IMG/VR virus record: IMGVR_UViG_3300045988_145635
From: a virus
Lineage: Duplodnaviria > Heunggongvirae > Uroviricota > Caudoviricetes
Length of the DNA stretch: 64,000 bases
Strand: one strand, 5' to 3'
A model generated the notes under the pieces. It ran no database searches, had not been told where the DNA came from, and was given only the letters and a program-made list of their open reading frames with translations. This document shows positions 27,802 to 37,237 of this stretch, in pieces (positions within the stretch are counted from its first letter, which is position 1; each line of letters starts with the position of its first letter). Both the position numbers and the translations under genes were made by a program.

Positions 27802-29361
27802 CTAATCTCGTTTCAGAATTCCAAAATCGAATGCGCCATCAATAGGCAATACACCTTCCGCAAAGCCAGGTGTGGTGTCGATGATGTGTTTTCGCTCATA
27901 AGAGTGAGACAACAGGTATTTGTTGCTAGTGTCAATGAAATCAGTGATAAAACACACGTTTGCCTGATTCTTCTTGGCTCGTAAGCCACGACCGACACGC
28001 TGTCTCATTTCAACTTCTGCTTTCCCACCACCAGCAAGAATGACCGCACCAACGCTTGGCACATCAACACCAACATCCAGAATAGTCGAGCCTATTAAAA
28101 CATCTATTTCACCAGACGCTAAACTGTTCAGCTTTGCTTGCCTTGTCGACTGGTTCGATTCCCCATAAATGAAGTCAACTCTAAGGCCGGACTCTTTCAT
28201 CATTTCCATCAGGATTTGCCCGTGGCGTTTAAGACGAACCAGAGTCATACAATTGAGAGAATGTTGCTTATAGAGCAATGCTTCGCGAACAATGGCCTCA
28301 TTACGTCCCAAATTATACACGATCCCCAACTGATAAGCCTTTTGGTAGGCAGTGCTCATACCTACTCTAAAATTGAGGTGTTTGTTGGCAAGTTCTGCCT
28401 TGATTCTGGCCTCGTCCGGCTTGTAGGCAACTTTATGATAAAGGAAGTATGGTTTTGCCAGAATGCCTCGATCAATCAGGTACTTTTCTGTGACTTTAAT
28501 TTCAATTCGCCCGGCCACAGCCATCAGACGCATGTTGGCTTCTGTAGAATCCTTCATGAACGGCGTGGCCGTAAGCGCCAGACGATAGTCTGCGTTCACA
28601 CATAATCTGGCAATGTCATAGAAATTAGAGCCTGAAGACTCATGCGCTTCTTCCAGAATAAGCAGAGACACACTTGAAAGGAAGCGTTTCACTAGCTCCC
28701 GACGTTTGAGGTGGTAGCTCTTTTTATCTGGTGTTGCATCGCGTGGTGGTTCTTCAAGGAAACTTGCCAGAGTTTGAACTGTAGCGACGTTGATATGTCG
28801 TGATACCTGGAACTCACCCGAGCCAATGACTCCAACCTTTTGGCCCTTTAACCACGGTTCGCCATTTTCGGCGCGGTAGTCGATGGATCTCTGGAAGTTT
28901 TCGGCCATTTGAAACATCAGAACAGAGCGGGTTGTTAAAAATAATGTCATTCGACCGATACGTGCAGCTGCTTTGCAGGCAACATTAGATTTCCCGCCAC
29001 CAGTAGCGATCTGCGCAATCATCATTCCCTCTCGAACCAGTGTTTCCACAGTCTGATCCTGATACGCATAATCAGGATTGTATGGGAATGGGTTAACCGC
29101 CGGATTTGGTTTTCCAAGCGCCGGGGCTTTGTCTTTGCGGATATGAACACATTTGATGCCCGCCTTGTTCAAGTTCGCCGCTACAGGCTTGGCAAAGCCA
29201 GCAGGGAACGAGTTTTTACTCCAGTTGAACATCGTGCTTGTGCCCTTCCAGTCGCCAGTCTCGACTTCGTAGCTCAACATCTGTTGCACCAGTTGCTTTA
29301 CCTTGTCATCTGCGCCAGAAATAAGCGCATTAACTGCGTTAGATACAATCCGAACAGTCAT
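27802..29361 (-). CDS. Superfamily-2 helicase (DEAD/DEAH-box-like)
   Basis: Motif I ATGGGKS, motif II LILEEAH, motif III LTATP, arginine-finger-like QRVGRGLR. Confidence 0.7.
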   Translation of the reverse strand: MTVRIVSNAVNALISGADDKVKQLVQQMLSYEVETGDWKGTSTMFNWSKNSFPAGFAKPVAANLNKAGIKCVHIRKDKAPALGKPNPAVNPFPYNPDYAYQDQTVETLVREGMMIAQIATGGGKSNVACKAAARIGRMTLFLTTRSVLMFQMAENFQRSIDYRAENGEPWLKGQKVGVIGSGEFQVSRHINVATVQTLASFLEEPPRDATPDKKSYHLKRRELVKRFLSSVSLLILEEAHESSGSNFYDIARLCVNADYRLALTATPFMKDSTEANMRLMAVAGRIEIKVTEKYLIDRGILAKPYFLYHKVAYKPDEARIKAELANKHLNFRVGMSTAYQKAYQLGIVYNLGRNEAIVREALLYKQHSLNCMTLVRLKRHGQILMEMMKESGLRVDFIYGESNQSTRQAKLNSLASGEIDVLIGSTILDVGVDVPSVGAVILAGGGKAEVEMRQRVGRGLRAKKNQANVCFITDFIDTSNKYLLSHSYERKHIIDTTPGFAEGVLPIDGAFDFGILKRD

Positions 29362-29443
29362 AAACCTCTTTCCTTAGTGCCTTTTGTATGTTATTTGGCT
29401 ATTATAATAAGTAAGTGATTACTTAGTGGATTGTAGCAATAAA

Positions 29444-30124
29444 ATGGATGTAAAAATCACGATTTTGCAGGTTGATGTTGCCAACCTTCGCCCGAATACC
29501 TGGAACACCAATTCGGTTGGTGCGCAGAATTTTGAAAAACTGAAAGGTTCTATCGAAAAATTGGGCTTTTTTAAGCCAATTTTGGCTCGTGAACTTGAAG
29601 ATGGATTTTTTGAAATCCTCGGCGGCGAACATCGCTGGCGTGCCGCTATTGAGCAAGGAATTTCAACGGTTCCAGTGCTTTCTGTGGGCAAAATTAGCGA
29701 TGTCGTAGCTAAACAGATGTCACTGGTGGACAACGAGCGATACGGTGAAGACGACCAAATCGCATTGCAACGCTTCATTGAAGAAATTCAGTCAGAACTT
29801 GACTATCAACTGTCTGAAATCGCCCCGTATGACGACGAAATCTCGATGGTTTTAGCAAAAGAGGCGGCAATCGACCTTGAAGCACTGGAGGCGTTGTCTC
29901 GTGGTAGTGATGGGCCTGTCGATACCGACAAACGAGAGAAAACCGAACGTGTGGGGGCGGAACATCAGACCATGCGCTTCAAAGTAACTTTCGATGCGTC
30001 AGATCGTGTTGCAGAAACCATAAAAAACATCATCAAAGAGCAGGCTATTAACACCGGTAATGAAATGGAGAACGCTGGTGAGGCTCTGGTGTGGCTGGTC
30101 GACTACTACAAGGAGCGTATGTAA
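29444..30124 (+). CDS. ParB/Srx-fold (ParB-like nuclease domain) protein 1
   Basis: LRPNTWN and ILGGEHRWRAAIEQG match ParB N-domain boxes; motif B site upstream. Confidence 0.6.
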   Translation: MDVKITILQVDVANLRPNTWNTNSVGAQNFEKLKGSIEKLGFFKPILARELEDGFFEILGGEHRWRAAIEQGISTVPVLSVGKISDVVAKQMSLVDNERYGEDDQIALQRFIEEIQSELDYQLSEIAPYDDEISMVLAKEAAIDLEALEALSRGSDGPVDTDKREKTERVGAEHQTMRFKVTFDASDRVAETIKNIIKEQAINTGNEMENAGEALVWLVDYYKERM

Positions 30125-30792
30125 TGACCAAAAAGTTTGAAATCGTATATCGCGACCCGGCAGATCTTATTCCCTATGAGATGAATGCCAAAAAGCATGA
30201 TGAACAGCAGATCCGAGATCTGGCCGCAGCCATTAAAAAGCGCGGATTTGACCAGCCAATTACGGTCGATAAGAACGACGTAATTATTACTGGCCACGGC
30301 CGCCGTGAGGCTGCAATTTTTGCTGGACTTGAGCGCGTGCCGGTTATTGTTCGCGATGATCTGAGTGATGACGAGGTACGTGCAAAGCGCCTTGAAGATA
30401 ACCGACTTGCCAGCATTGATTACGATGCAATTAAGCTACAGAAAGAGCTTGAGTCGCTTGTTCTGGACGATATCGAGGTTTTCGGCTTCGAAGAGCGTGA
30501 GTTGAATGTTCTCGTTGGCAGTATGACAGAAGAAATGGACACCGACTCGCTAGTTATCGATCTTGGCGAAGAAACTAAACGACAGAAGGATGAACACACC
30601 GAGATCAGTCGTGAAGTTGCAGCGGAAGAAGTACGTGTTGTCGACGTATTGGGCTTTAAAACGCTCCCTGCTGGCTCTGCCATTGTTGTTGGTGATTTGC
30701 TTGCCCATATGGAAGAAATGACGGGAGAAAGCGGGGTAGACGCATTTGTGGCATATGCGGAGAAGATCTCTTCCGGGGAGATGGCTGCATGA
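30124..30792 (+). CDS. ParB/Srx-fold protein 2
   Basis: IITGHGRREAAIFAGLERVPVIV; TAATG coupling to the upstream gene. Confidence 0.6.
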   Translation: MTKKFEIVYRDPADLIPYEMNAKKHDEQQIRDLAAAIKKRGFDQPITVDKNDVIITGHGRREAAIFAGLERVPVIVRDDLSDDEVRAKRLEDNRLASIDYDAIKLQKELESLVLDDIEVFGFEERELNVLVGSMTEEMDTDSLVIDLGEETKRQKDEHTEISREVAAEEVRVVDVLGFKTLPAGSAIVVGDLLAHMEEMTGESGVDAFVAYAEKISSGEMAA

Positions 30793-31454
30793 GCAAATAC
30801 ATCATCAACGTATCGTTTCAGACACGCGTAAATAAAACCACGCGCACGTTGGAAATCGCTGAGTCGTTCGGGCTTGGCCTGGACGAAAAAGAGTGGACGC
30901 TTTACGACAATCTGGAGCTGGAAGTGAAGCAGGGCGATGTGGTGTACATCACCGGCCAATCCGGTTCCGGCAAATCCGTTGTGCTGCGCGAGTTGCAACG
31001 ACAGATGAAGGATGAAGGGCTGTCTGTAGCCTCCATCGATGATTTTACCTTCGATAATGAGGTTAACGTCATCGATCAGTTGGGCAAAACGACCAGCGAT
31101 GCGCTTGGGTTGTTATCTATGGCTGGTCTGAACGATGCATATCTGTTTGTTCGCAAGCCTTCTGAAATGTCAGACGGCCAGAAATATCGTCTCAAGATTG
31201 CCAAACTGATTGAGTCAGGCGCTAAAGTGTGGGCTGCTGACGAGTTCGGCGCTGTTCTCGACCGTGTAACCGCTCAGGTTGTGGCGTCTAACCTCCAGCG
31301 TGCCGCTCGAAAGGTTGGTGCGACGGTAATGGTGGCGACGACTCACGAAGACCTGAAGAACGCGCTGCGCCCGGATATGCAGATCACCAAGCACTACAAA
31401 GAACGCGTGAAGGTGGAATATCACAATGGTAGTCATGATGAGGTTCATTTATGA
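30789..31454 (+). CDS. Minimal ABC-type ATPase
   Basis: Walker A GQSGSGKS, signature-like MSDGQKYRLKIAKL, Walker B VWAADEFGAVLD, H-loop-like ATTHE; ATGA coupling. Confidence 0.6.
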   Translation: MSKYIINVSFQTRVNKTTRTLEIAESFGLGLDEKEWTLYDNLELEVKQGDVVYITGQSGSGKSVVLRELQRQMKDEGLSVASIDDFTFDNEVNVIDQLGKTTSDALGLLSMAGLNDAYLFVRKPSEMSDGQKYRLKIAKLIESGAKVWAADEFGAVLDRVTAQVVASNLQRAARKVGATVMVATTHEDLKNALRPDMQITKHYKERVKVEYHNGSHDEVHL

Positions 31455-32341
31455 CGGACATCATCATTAAACGCTACCGCCCTGAAGAGTTTCCGCGTCA
31501 TCTGGATTTTCTGGAGCGAATGACTGTCACAAAGGGAACTGTAGAGGACTGGCACGCTCTTAAGTCGCTTCACTACAAAACAGACGGCAAACCTTTCGCG
31601 CCAACTTACTATCGCTGCGAACTTGATGACCGTCTGGTGGGCGTCGTGGTTATGGCTTACCCGAAACTACTGTTGGCACCTCGCCACCGCATGTTTCCTA
31701 AGTTGAAACCAACCACTAATACCACCGTGGCTAACCAGTACTGGGGTCGGTACGTGAATAACAACTTTGCGGTGATCAGTCGCTCAGTTGTGGATACTCA
31801 GTATCGTGGCGTAGGCGTCTCTTATCGAATGATTAACCTGGTTAGCAGGATGCATGACCGGCCAATCATTGAGATCCAGTCCTCGATGAGCAAATACAAT
31901 CCCTTCGCCATGAAAGCAGGGTTTAAGTTCATCCGCCCTGAGCGACCGAAGAGCTATGAAAGTGCACTGCGTGTATTCCAGCGCCATTTCCGTTCCGACC
32001 CGGGTGATAACGAGGCGATCGTCAAAGAGTTGTTCGCAATGAGCGAGTCTCGTCGTCGCCGTGCACTGCGTGATCTGGTGGCGGACTACCACAAGAACAG
32101 TTCCCTGGCAAAAGCTGGGCGGAATCGTGGCACGACGATTCAGGACATTGCCGACAGTCTGGTGGACGAGGCCAGCATTGTGAAGCTGCTCAAGGACATT
32201 CACAACCTGAGCTTTACGTCTCCGTTGTATGGTGTGTACCGAAACCCTGACTTTGGTCGTCGACTGCCTGACACGCTGCCACTGCTGGCATTCGACAAAC
32301 AACCTTTGGATAAACCGTTAGAAATTGCTTTACCGGCATAA
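31451..32341 (+). CDS. GNAT-fold acetyltransferase-like protein with C-terminal extension
   Basis: VGVVVMAYP ... TQYRGVGVS ... NPFAMKAGFK resembles the GNAT acetyl-CoA-binding core; ATGA coupling. Confidence 0.45.
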   Translation: MTDIIIKRYRPEEFPRHLDFLERMTVTKGTVEDWHALKSLHYKTDGKPFAPTYYRCELDDRLVGVVVMAYPKLLLAPRHRMFPKLKPTTNTTVANQYWGRYVNNNFAVISRSVVDTQYRGVGVSYRMINLVSRMHDRPIIEIQSSMSKYNPFAMKAGFKFIRPERPKSYESALRVFQRHFRSDPGDNEAIVKELFAMSESRRRRALRDLVADYHKNSSLAKAGRNRGTTIQDIADSLVDEASIVKLLKDIHNLSFTSPLYGVYRNPDFGRRLPDTLPLLAFDKQPLDKPLEIALPA

Positions 32342-32350
32342 GGATTTGCC

Positions 32351-32617
32351 ATGACGTTAACCGATAAACAAAAGGACATCATCAAAACGCTCAATCTCGG
32401 TTATGAGCGAGGTCATTTACTTGATCTGGACGAATTGCTTGAAGTTTTGCCGTACAAGACAACCAAGCAAAGTATCCAGTTCTCAATTCGCGCTCTGATA
32501 AAAAAGGGGCTGGTGGAGAAAGGGCATACGCGCCAACGCAGTGACAATCGCTATCACCGCCGGACTCTTGGGTTAACCACTTTAGGTCGAGCCAAAGCGA
32601 AGTTACTGGTGATGTAA
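32351..32617 (+). CDS. Small winged-helix-like DNA-binding protein
   Basis: 88 aa, basic C-terminus; last gene before the large palindrome. Confidence 0.4.
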   Translation: MTLTDKQKDIIKTLNLGYERGHLLDLDELLEVLPYKTTKQSIQFSIRALIKKGLVEKGHTRQRSDNRYHRRTLGLTTLGRAKAKLLVM

Positions 32618-32621
32618 TCGG

Positions 32622-32719
32622 TCTGGGAGCTTATTTAAAGACCTGCTTCTGTATATATAAATAATAAGTAACTTATTAAATATATACGGAAGCAGGCTTA
32701 GTAAGACATGCCCAGACCT
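32622..32719. repeat. Long palindrome, copy B (core 32642-32696) with outer inverted repeat GGTCTGGG / CCCAGACC
   Basis: cctgcttctgtatatataaataataagtaacttattaaatatatacggaagcagg; lies just upstream of the terminase genes. Confidence 0.65.
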
Positions 32720-32813
32720 AATTAAACACCCCAGAAAACAAGTTGGTTAGCATATGCAGTAAACAAGTTGTTTTAGAGCGCATGGACGCGCTCTGTGTGT
32801 TTTAGAGGGATCT

Positions 32814-33446
32814 ATGACGGTCGAAAAAGACGAGGTAAAAACTCGCCTGACACCAGCGGAGTGGGCCGAAGCTGAAGCCAAATGGACGTCAGGCGAATAT
32901 ACACTCTCAAAGCTGGAGGAAGAGTACGGCATTCGTCGTGAAACACTCTCCAGACATTTCAAAAAGCGAGGATTAGAGAAAGGCGCGGACTCTGTTGGGA
33001 AGATGGTTCGTGAGTCTCTTAAATCTGACGCAGAGCTTCGCGCTAAAGCCCGTGCGGAAAAGATAGAAGAACGTCGTACACGTTATGACGGCTGGGCGTA
33101 TGCGTTGGGGCAGATGGTGATGGTCGAAGTCACTACGGCCAAACGTGAGGGTAAGCCTTTAGGGGCGATTGAGGATTCTCTCAAGAGCTTACAGAGAGCC
33201 AGTAATACCCTTGCAAAATGCTTTGAAGTTTCGTCCAAAGCATTGGGCATGGATCATGCGGAAAATGACGAGGAAGAAATTCCGAACCTGGTATTTGGTG
33301 AGCTTACGCCTTCCCAGGTGGCGAAATTACGTCAGGAAGACGACGAGCCTGAAATCATCGATGACGAATTGCTTGAGACGTTGGAAGAAGAAGCTCTAAG
33401 CGAATTTGATGCGACAGATGATGGAAGTGAAGGGGAGGACGAATAA
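32814..33446 (+). CDS. Terminase small subunit (putative)
   Basis: HTH-like N-terminus (LSKLEEEYGIRRETLSRHFKKRG), acidic tail, directly upstream of and TAATG-coupled to the large subunit. Confidence 0.6.
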   Translation: MTVEKDEVKTRLTPAEWAEAEAKWTSGEYTLSKLEEEYGIRRETLSRHFKKRGLEKGADSVGKMVRESLKSDAELRAKARAEKIEERRTRYDGWAYALGQMVMVEVTTAKREGKPLGAIEDSLKSLQRASNTLAKCFEVSSKALGMDHAENDEEEIPNLVFGELTPSQVAKLRQEDDEPEIIDDELLETLEEEALSEFDATDDGSEGEDE

Positions 33447-34702
33447 TGGCAATCCCGTCCTCGCTCAGTCTTGTGCAACTGCATTCTGGACAGATGAAAG
33501 TCTTCCAGTCTCCGCATCGATTTAAAGTTGTTTGTGCTGGTCGACGCTGGGGAAAATCCCGGTTGTCGATCTCCACTATTATTCGTGCGGCGGCAAAGGA
33601 AAAAAAGCAAAGGGTCTGGTATGTCGCTCCTACTTACCAGATGGCTCGTCAGATTTTGTGGGACGATCTACAGGAAGTTCTGCCCCGTAAGTGGGTTAGG
33701 AAAAAGAACGACACCACGATGACAATCGTGTTGAAGAACGGTTCGGAGATCGCCCTCAAAGGTGCTGATAAACCTGACACTCTGCGCGGCGTAGCGTTGC
33801 ATTTTGTAGTGCTTGATGAATTTCAGGATATGAAGGCTGACACCTGGTACAAGGTGTTACGACCTACTCTTTCATCGACACGCGGCGGTGCACTGATCAT
33901 TGGTACGCCAAAAGGCTTCTCGGAATTTCACAAACTGTGGACTATAGGCCAGAACGTAGAGCTGCAAAGAAAGGGACAGTGGAAGAGCTGGCAGTTTGTA
34001 ACTGCTGATTCGCCGTTTGTGCCTACGGCGGAAATTGAAGCTGCTAAGAACGATATGGACCCTAAATCGTTCGCTCAGGAGTACCTGGCCAGCTTTGAAA
34101 ATATGTCCGGGCGCGTTTACTACCCGTTCGATCGAAACGTGCATGTTAAACCGCTTCAGTTCAACCCTCGGTTGCCTATATGGGTAGGACAGGACTTCAA
34201 CATTGACCCGATGTCTTCCGTAATTTTGCAACCTCAGCCAAATGGTGAGCTATGGGCAATTGATGAATTGGTGCTCTTTTCCTCTAACACGGCAGAGGTT
34301 TGTGATGAGCTTGAGAGACGCTTCTGGCGCTGGAAATCACAGATAACGGTATTTCCAGATCCGGCAGGTGCTTATCGCCAACATGCTCGCGGGGAGTCTG
34401 ACGTCGACATATTCAAAGAGAAGGGATTCTTACGTGTCGATTATTCGAAAAAGCACCCGCCAATTGCGGATCGTGTTAATGCTGTTAACCGAATGCTGAT
34501 GACCGCATCTGGAGATATCCGGCTGTATATCGATCCGAAGTGCAAGCATTTGATTGATTCATTGGAAAAAGTCATCTACAAGCCTGGAACACGAGATATG
34601 GATAAGACAGGTGGCATTGAGCATAGTGCAGACGCATTGGGCTATCCAGTACATCGTAGGTATCCAGTCAAAAACCGTGTTATTCTTGGTGGCTCTCGAT
34701 AG
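33446..34702 (+). CDS. Terminase large subunit
   Basis: Walker A VVCAGRRWGKS, Walker B HFVVLDEF, C-terminal nuclease-like region; position before the portal. Confidence 0.75.
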   Translation: MAIPSSLSLVQLHSGQMKVFQSPHRFKVVCAGRRWGKSRLSISTIIRAAAKEKKQRVWYVAPTYQMARQILWDDLQEVLPRKWVRKKNDTTMTIVLKNGSEIALKGADKPDTLRGVALHFVVLDEFQDMKADTWYKVLRPTLSSTRGGALIIGTPKGFSEFHKLWTIGQNVELQRKGQWKSWQFVTADSPFVPTAEIEAAKNDMDPKSFAQEYLASFENMSGRVYYPFDRNVHVKPLQFNPRLPIWVGQDFNIDPMSSVILQPQPNGELWAIDELVLFSSNTAEVCDELERRFWRWKSQITVFPDPAGAYRQHARGESDVDIFKEKGFLRVDYSKKHPPIADRVNAVNRMLMTASGDIRLYIDPKCKHLIDSLEKVIYKPGTRDMDKTGGIEHSADALGYPVHRRYPVKNRVILGGSR

Positions 34703-34728
34703 GTAAGTAATTATCTAAGGTTATTCAA

Positions 34729-36303
34729 ATGGAATTGAACGACAAACAAATTAAGGATCTGGTGGTGCGACGCCACCCGGAATACGAAAAGAAAAAAGAA
34801 CATTGGGACTTCCTCGCCAGCACTTACGCTGGCGGGCGTGGTTGGTTTACAGACAATATCTTTCGTTACTTTAAAGAGGGAGATCAGGAGTTTAAGGAGC
34901 GAGTTGAGCGTGCTTATCGCTTCAACCACACTCGTGAGGTGGTAAACCTCATCAACAAATATCTCTTTAAAGAAGACATTCATAGAAATATCGAAGAGGC
35001 ACCAGAGCAGATCCGCAATTTCTGGAAACGTGCGACTCGCCAGAATGCCTCTATTGACTCATTTATGGCCGCTATTGATTTGCAGTCGTCTATTTACGGT
35101 CGCATATGGGTTGTTGTCGATAGCACGATGAGTGGTGATGTTGAGTCAGTAGCTGACGAGAAAAAGAAAGATGCTCGCGCCTACGCCTACTGGATTTCAC
35201 CTCAGCAAATGCTGGATGTGGCATGGGACGACGACGGGAATATGTTATGGGCGTTAATTGTGGAAGTCGCTCGCGATGACGCAGATCCTTTTACTTCTAC
35301 AGGTCAGGAATACCAACGTTATCGTCTGTGGACACAAAACGAGTGGTATCTGTTCCGTGAGGAAGTGAAGAAGGGGGCTGGTGGAGCAGGTCGTCGTCAG
35401 GCAAAAGTTATTTTAGAGGACAGCGGCGCGCATAATCTCGGCGTAGTTCCTGTGTTTCCTGTTGATTGTATTGGAGAAAGTGAATCACCGTATTTCAGCC
35501 CATCGTTGATCGATGATATCGCTTATCTTGATCGTGCGGTTGCAAACTATCTGTCAAACCTTGATGCCATTATTCAGGATCAGACATTTAGCCAGTTGGC
35601 TATACCGGTACAGTCGCTTTTACCTGGTGATGAAAACCACACTAAAGTGCTTGAAATGGGCACAAAGCGAGTCTTCACCTACGATTCTGAAGGTGGAAAC
35701 CAGCCGTTTTATCTGTCACCAGACCCGAAACAAGCTCAGATGATCATCACTACGATTAAGACGGTGATTAACGAAATCTACCATTCAGTTGGTGTAGCTG
35801 GTGAGCGAACGAAGCAGGACAACGCACAGGGAATCGATAATTCATCTGGTGCCGCAAAAATGTATGACTTCCAGCGTGTAAATAGCTTGCTTGTCACAAA
35901 AGCAGAGCGTCTGGAAAGGGCTGAACGCCAAATCATGCTACTGGTTGCGAAATGGATGGGGGTAGATCTGGACGAAGACCACTCTTTAATTGCGTATCCA
36001 GAAAGTTTCGATATTCGTGGCCTTACTGATGAATTTTCTGTTGCCGAGAAACTGTCATTACTTCAGGCACCGGACTCTGTACGTCGTCACCAGATGGAAA
36101 TGCTTATTGAGAAGATTTTCCCGAACATTACTGAGGCGATGAAAAAGGAATTTGATAAAGATCTCTTGAATTTTCCTCCAAAAAATGATCTAAATACCCT
36201 TGAAAATAAGTCAGTACTTACTTATGATCGTGGTGCAGCCCAAGAAAGCGGGCAAGATCAACCCCGAGGGAATGGGGACTCATCTACTCAAGAGAACGAG
36301 TGA
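34729..36303 (+). CDS. Portal protein
   Basis: 524 aa, position between terminase and scaffold; motif B site upstream. Confidence 0.7.
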   Translation: MELNDKQIKDLVVRRHPEYEKKKEHWDFLASTYAGGRGWFTDNIFRYFKEGDQEFKERVERAYRFNHTREVVNLINKYLFKEDIHRNIEEAPEQIRNFWKRATRQNASIDSFMAAIDLQSSIYGRIWVVVDSTMSGDVESVADEKKKDARAYAYWISPQQMLDVAWDDDGNMLWALIVEVARDDADPFTSTGQEYQRYRLWTQNEWYLFREEVKKGAGGAGRRQAKVILEDSGAHNLGVVPVFPVDCIGESESPYFSPSLIDDIAYLDRAVANYLSNLDAIIQDQTFSQLAIPVQSLLPGDENHTKVLEMGTKRVFTYDSEGGNQPFYLSPDPKQAQMIITTIKTVINEIYHSVGVAGERTKQDNAQGIDNSSGAAKMYDFQRVNSLLVTKAERLERAERQIMLLVAKWMGVDLDEDHSLIAYPESFDIRGLTDEFSVAEKLSLLQAPDSVRRHQMEMLIEKIFPNITEAMKKEFDKDLLNFPPKNDLNTLENKSVLTYDRGAAQESGQDQPRGNGDSSTQENE

Positions 36304-36324
36304 TAAGTAACAAAAGGAATTTTT

Positions 36325-37212
36325 ATGAATCTGTGGCAAATGCTTTTGGCCCGTCGTGGTCTGATGGATGTCGCTGAAGCGCATGAGCGTGGAGGCGCTG
36401 GCGGTGTAGCTGCTGATAATGAGCAGAGTACACAAGATCCTGACAAACAGGGTGAACAAAAAGAGCAGCCGAAGGGCGATGACGAATACGCTGGCATGAC
36501 TCAGGAAGAGTTACTGGCCGAGCTTCGTAAAACCAAGAAAGCTGGTGCTGAACTGCTGAAGGAGAACATGAAGCGCAAAGAGAAAGAGCGCACATTGGCC
36601 GATCAGCTTGCTCAGTACGGTGATATCGATCCGGCTCGTGCTCGCCAGCTTTTAGAAGCTGAACAGGCCGCAGAAAACGCACGTCGTGAGGCGGAGCAAG
36701 CTGAACTGGAGCGTCGTGGTGAGTTCGATGCTGTTAAAAAACAGATGATCGAAGCACACCAGGCAGAGCTAGCACAGCGTGACGAACGTTATGCAGCACT
36801 GGAAAGTGAAAACGCATCACTGAAATCTCAATTAGTCGAGATGACCGTGGGCGCTTCCTTCAGTAACTCTCTCTTCCTACGTGACAAAGTTCTGATGACC
36901 CCGGCAAAAGCCCGCGTGATCTACGGTTCTCATTTTGAAGTGGGTGAAGACGGTAGCGTAGTGGGTTATGACAAACCGGCAGGTCACAAAGAACGAGCTG
37001 TTCTGGTTGACGGTGAAGGTAAGCCGTTGCCGTTTGAATCCGCGATTGAACGCATTGTGCGGGCAGATCCGGAAGCTGACGCATTGATGCGTAGCGAAGC
37101 CAAGCAGGGTGTAGGCTCACATTCCAAATCGACCTACACAATATCCCAACCGAAGAACAAGTCGACTATGGATAAGTTGGCCTCCGGTCTGGGGAAAATT
37201 GGACTTAAGTAA
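36325..37212 (+). CDS. Scaffolding protein (coiled-coil)
   Basis: Ala/Glu/Arg-rich coiled-coil composition; between portal and capsid genes. Confidence 0.55.
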   Translation: MNLWQMLLARRGLMDVAEAHERGGAGGVAADNEQSTQDPDKQGEQKEQPKGDDEYAGMTQEELLAELRKTKKAGAELLKENMKRKEKERTLADQLAQYGDIDPARARQLLEAEQAAENARREAEQAELERRGEFDAVKKQMIEAHQAELAQRDERYAALESENASLKSQLVEMTVGASFSNSLFLRDKVLMTPAKARVIYGSHFEVGEDGSVVGYDKPAGHKERAVLVDGEGKPLPFESAIERIVRADPEADALMRSEAKQGVGSHSKSTYTISQPKNKSTMDKLASGLGKIGLK

Positions 37213-37237
37213 CATCTAAATCAAAGGGAATTGATAG

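Noticed and set aside
30420-30998. 192-aa minus-strand ORF antisense to the ParB-like/ATPase operon
   Set aside because: Ser/Thr-rich low-complexity translation antisense to coupled genes with clear motifs
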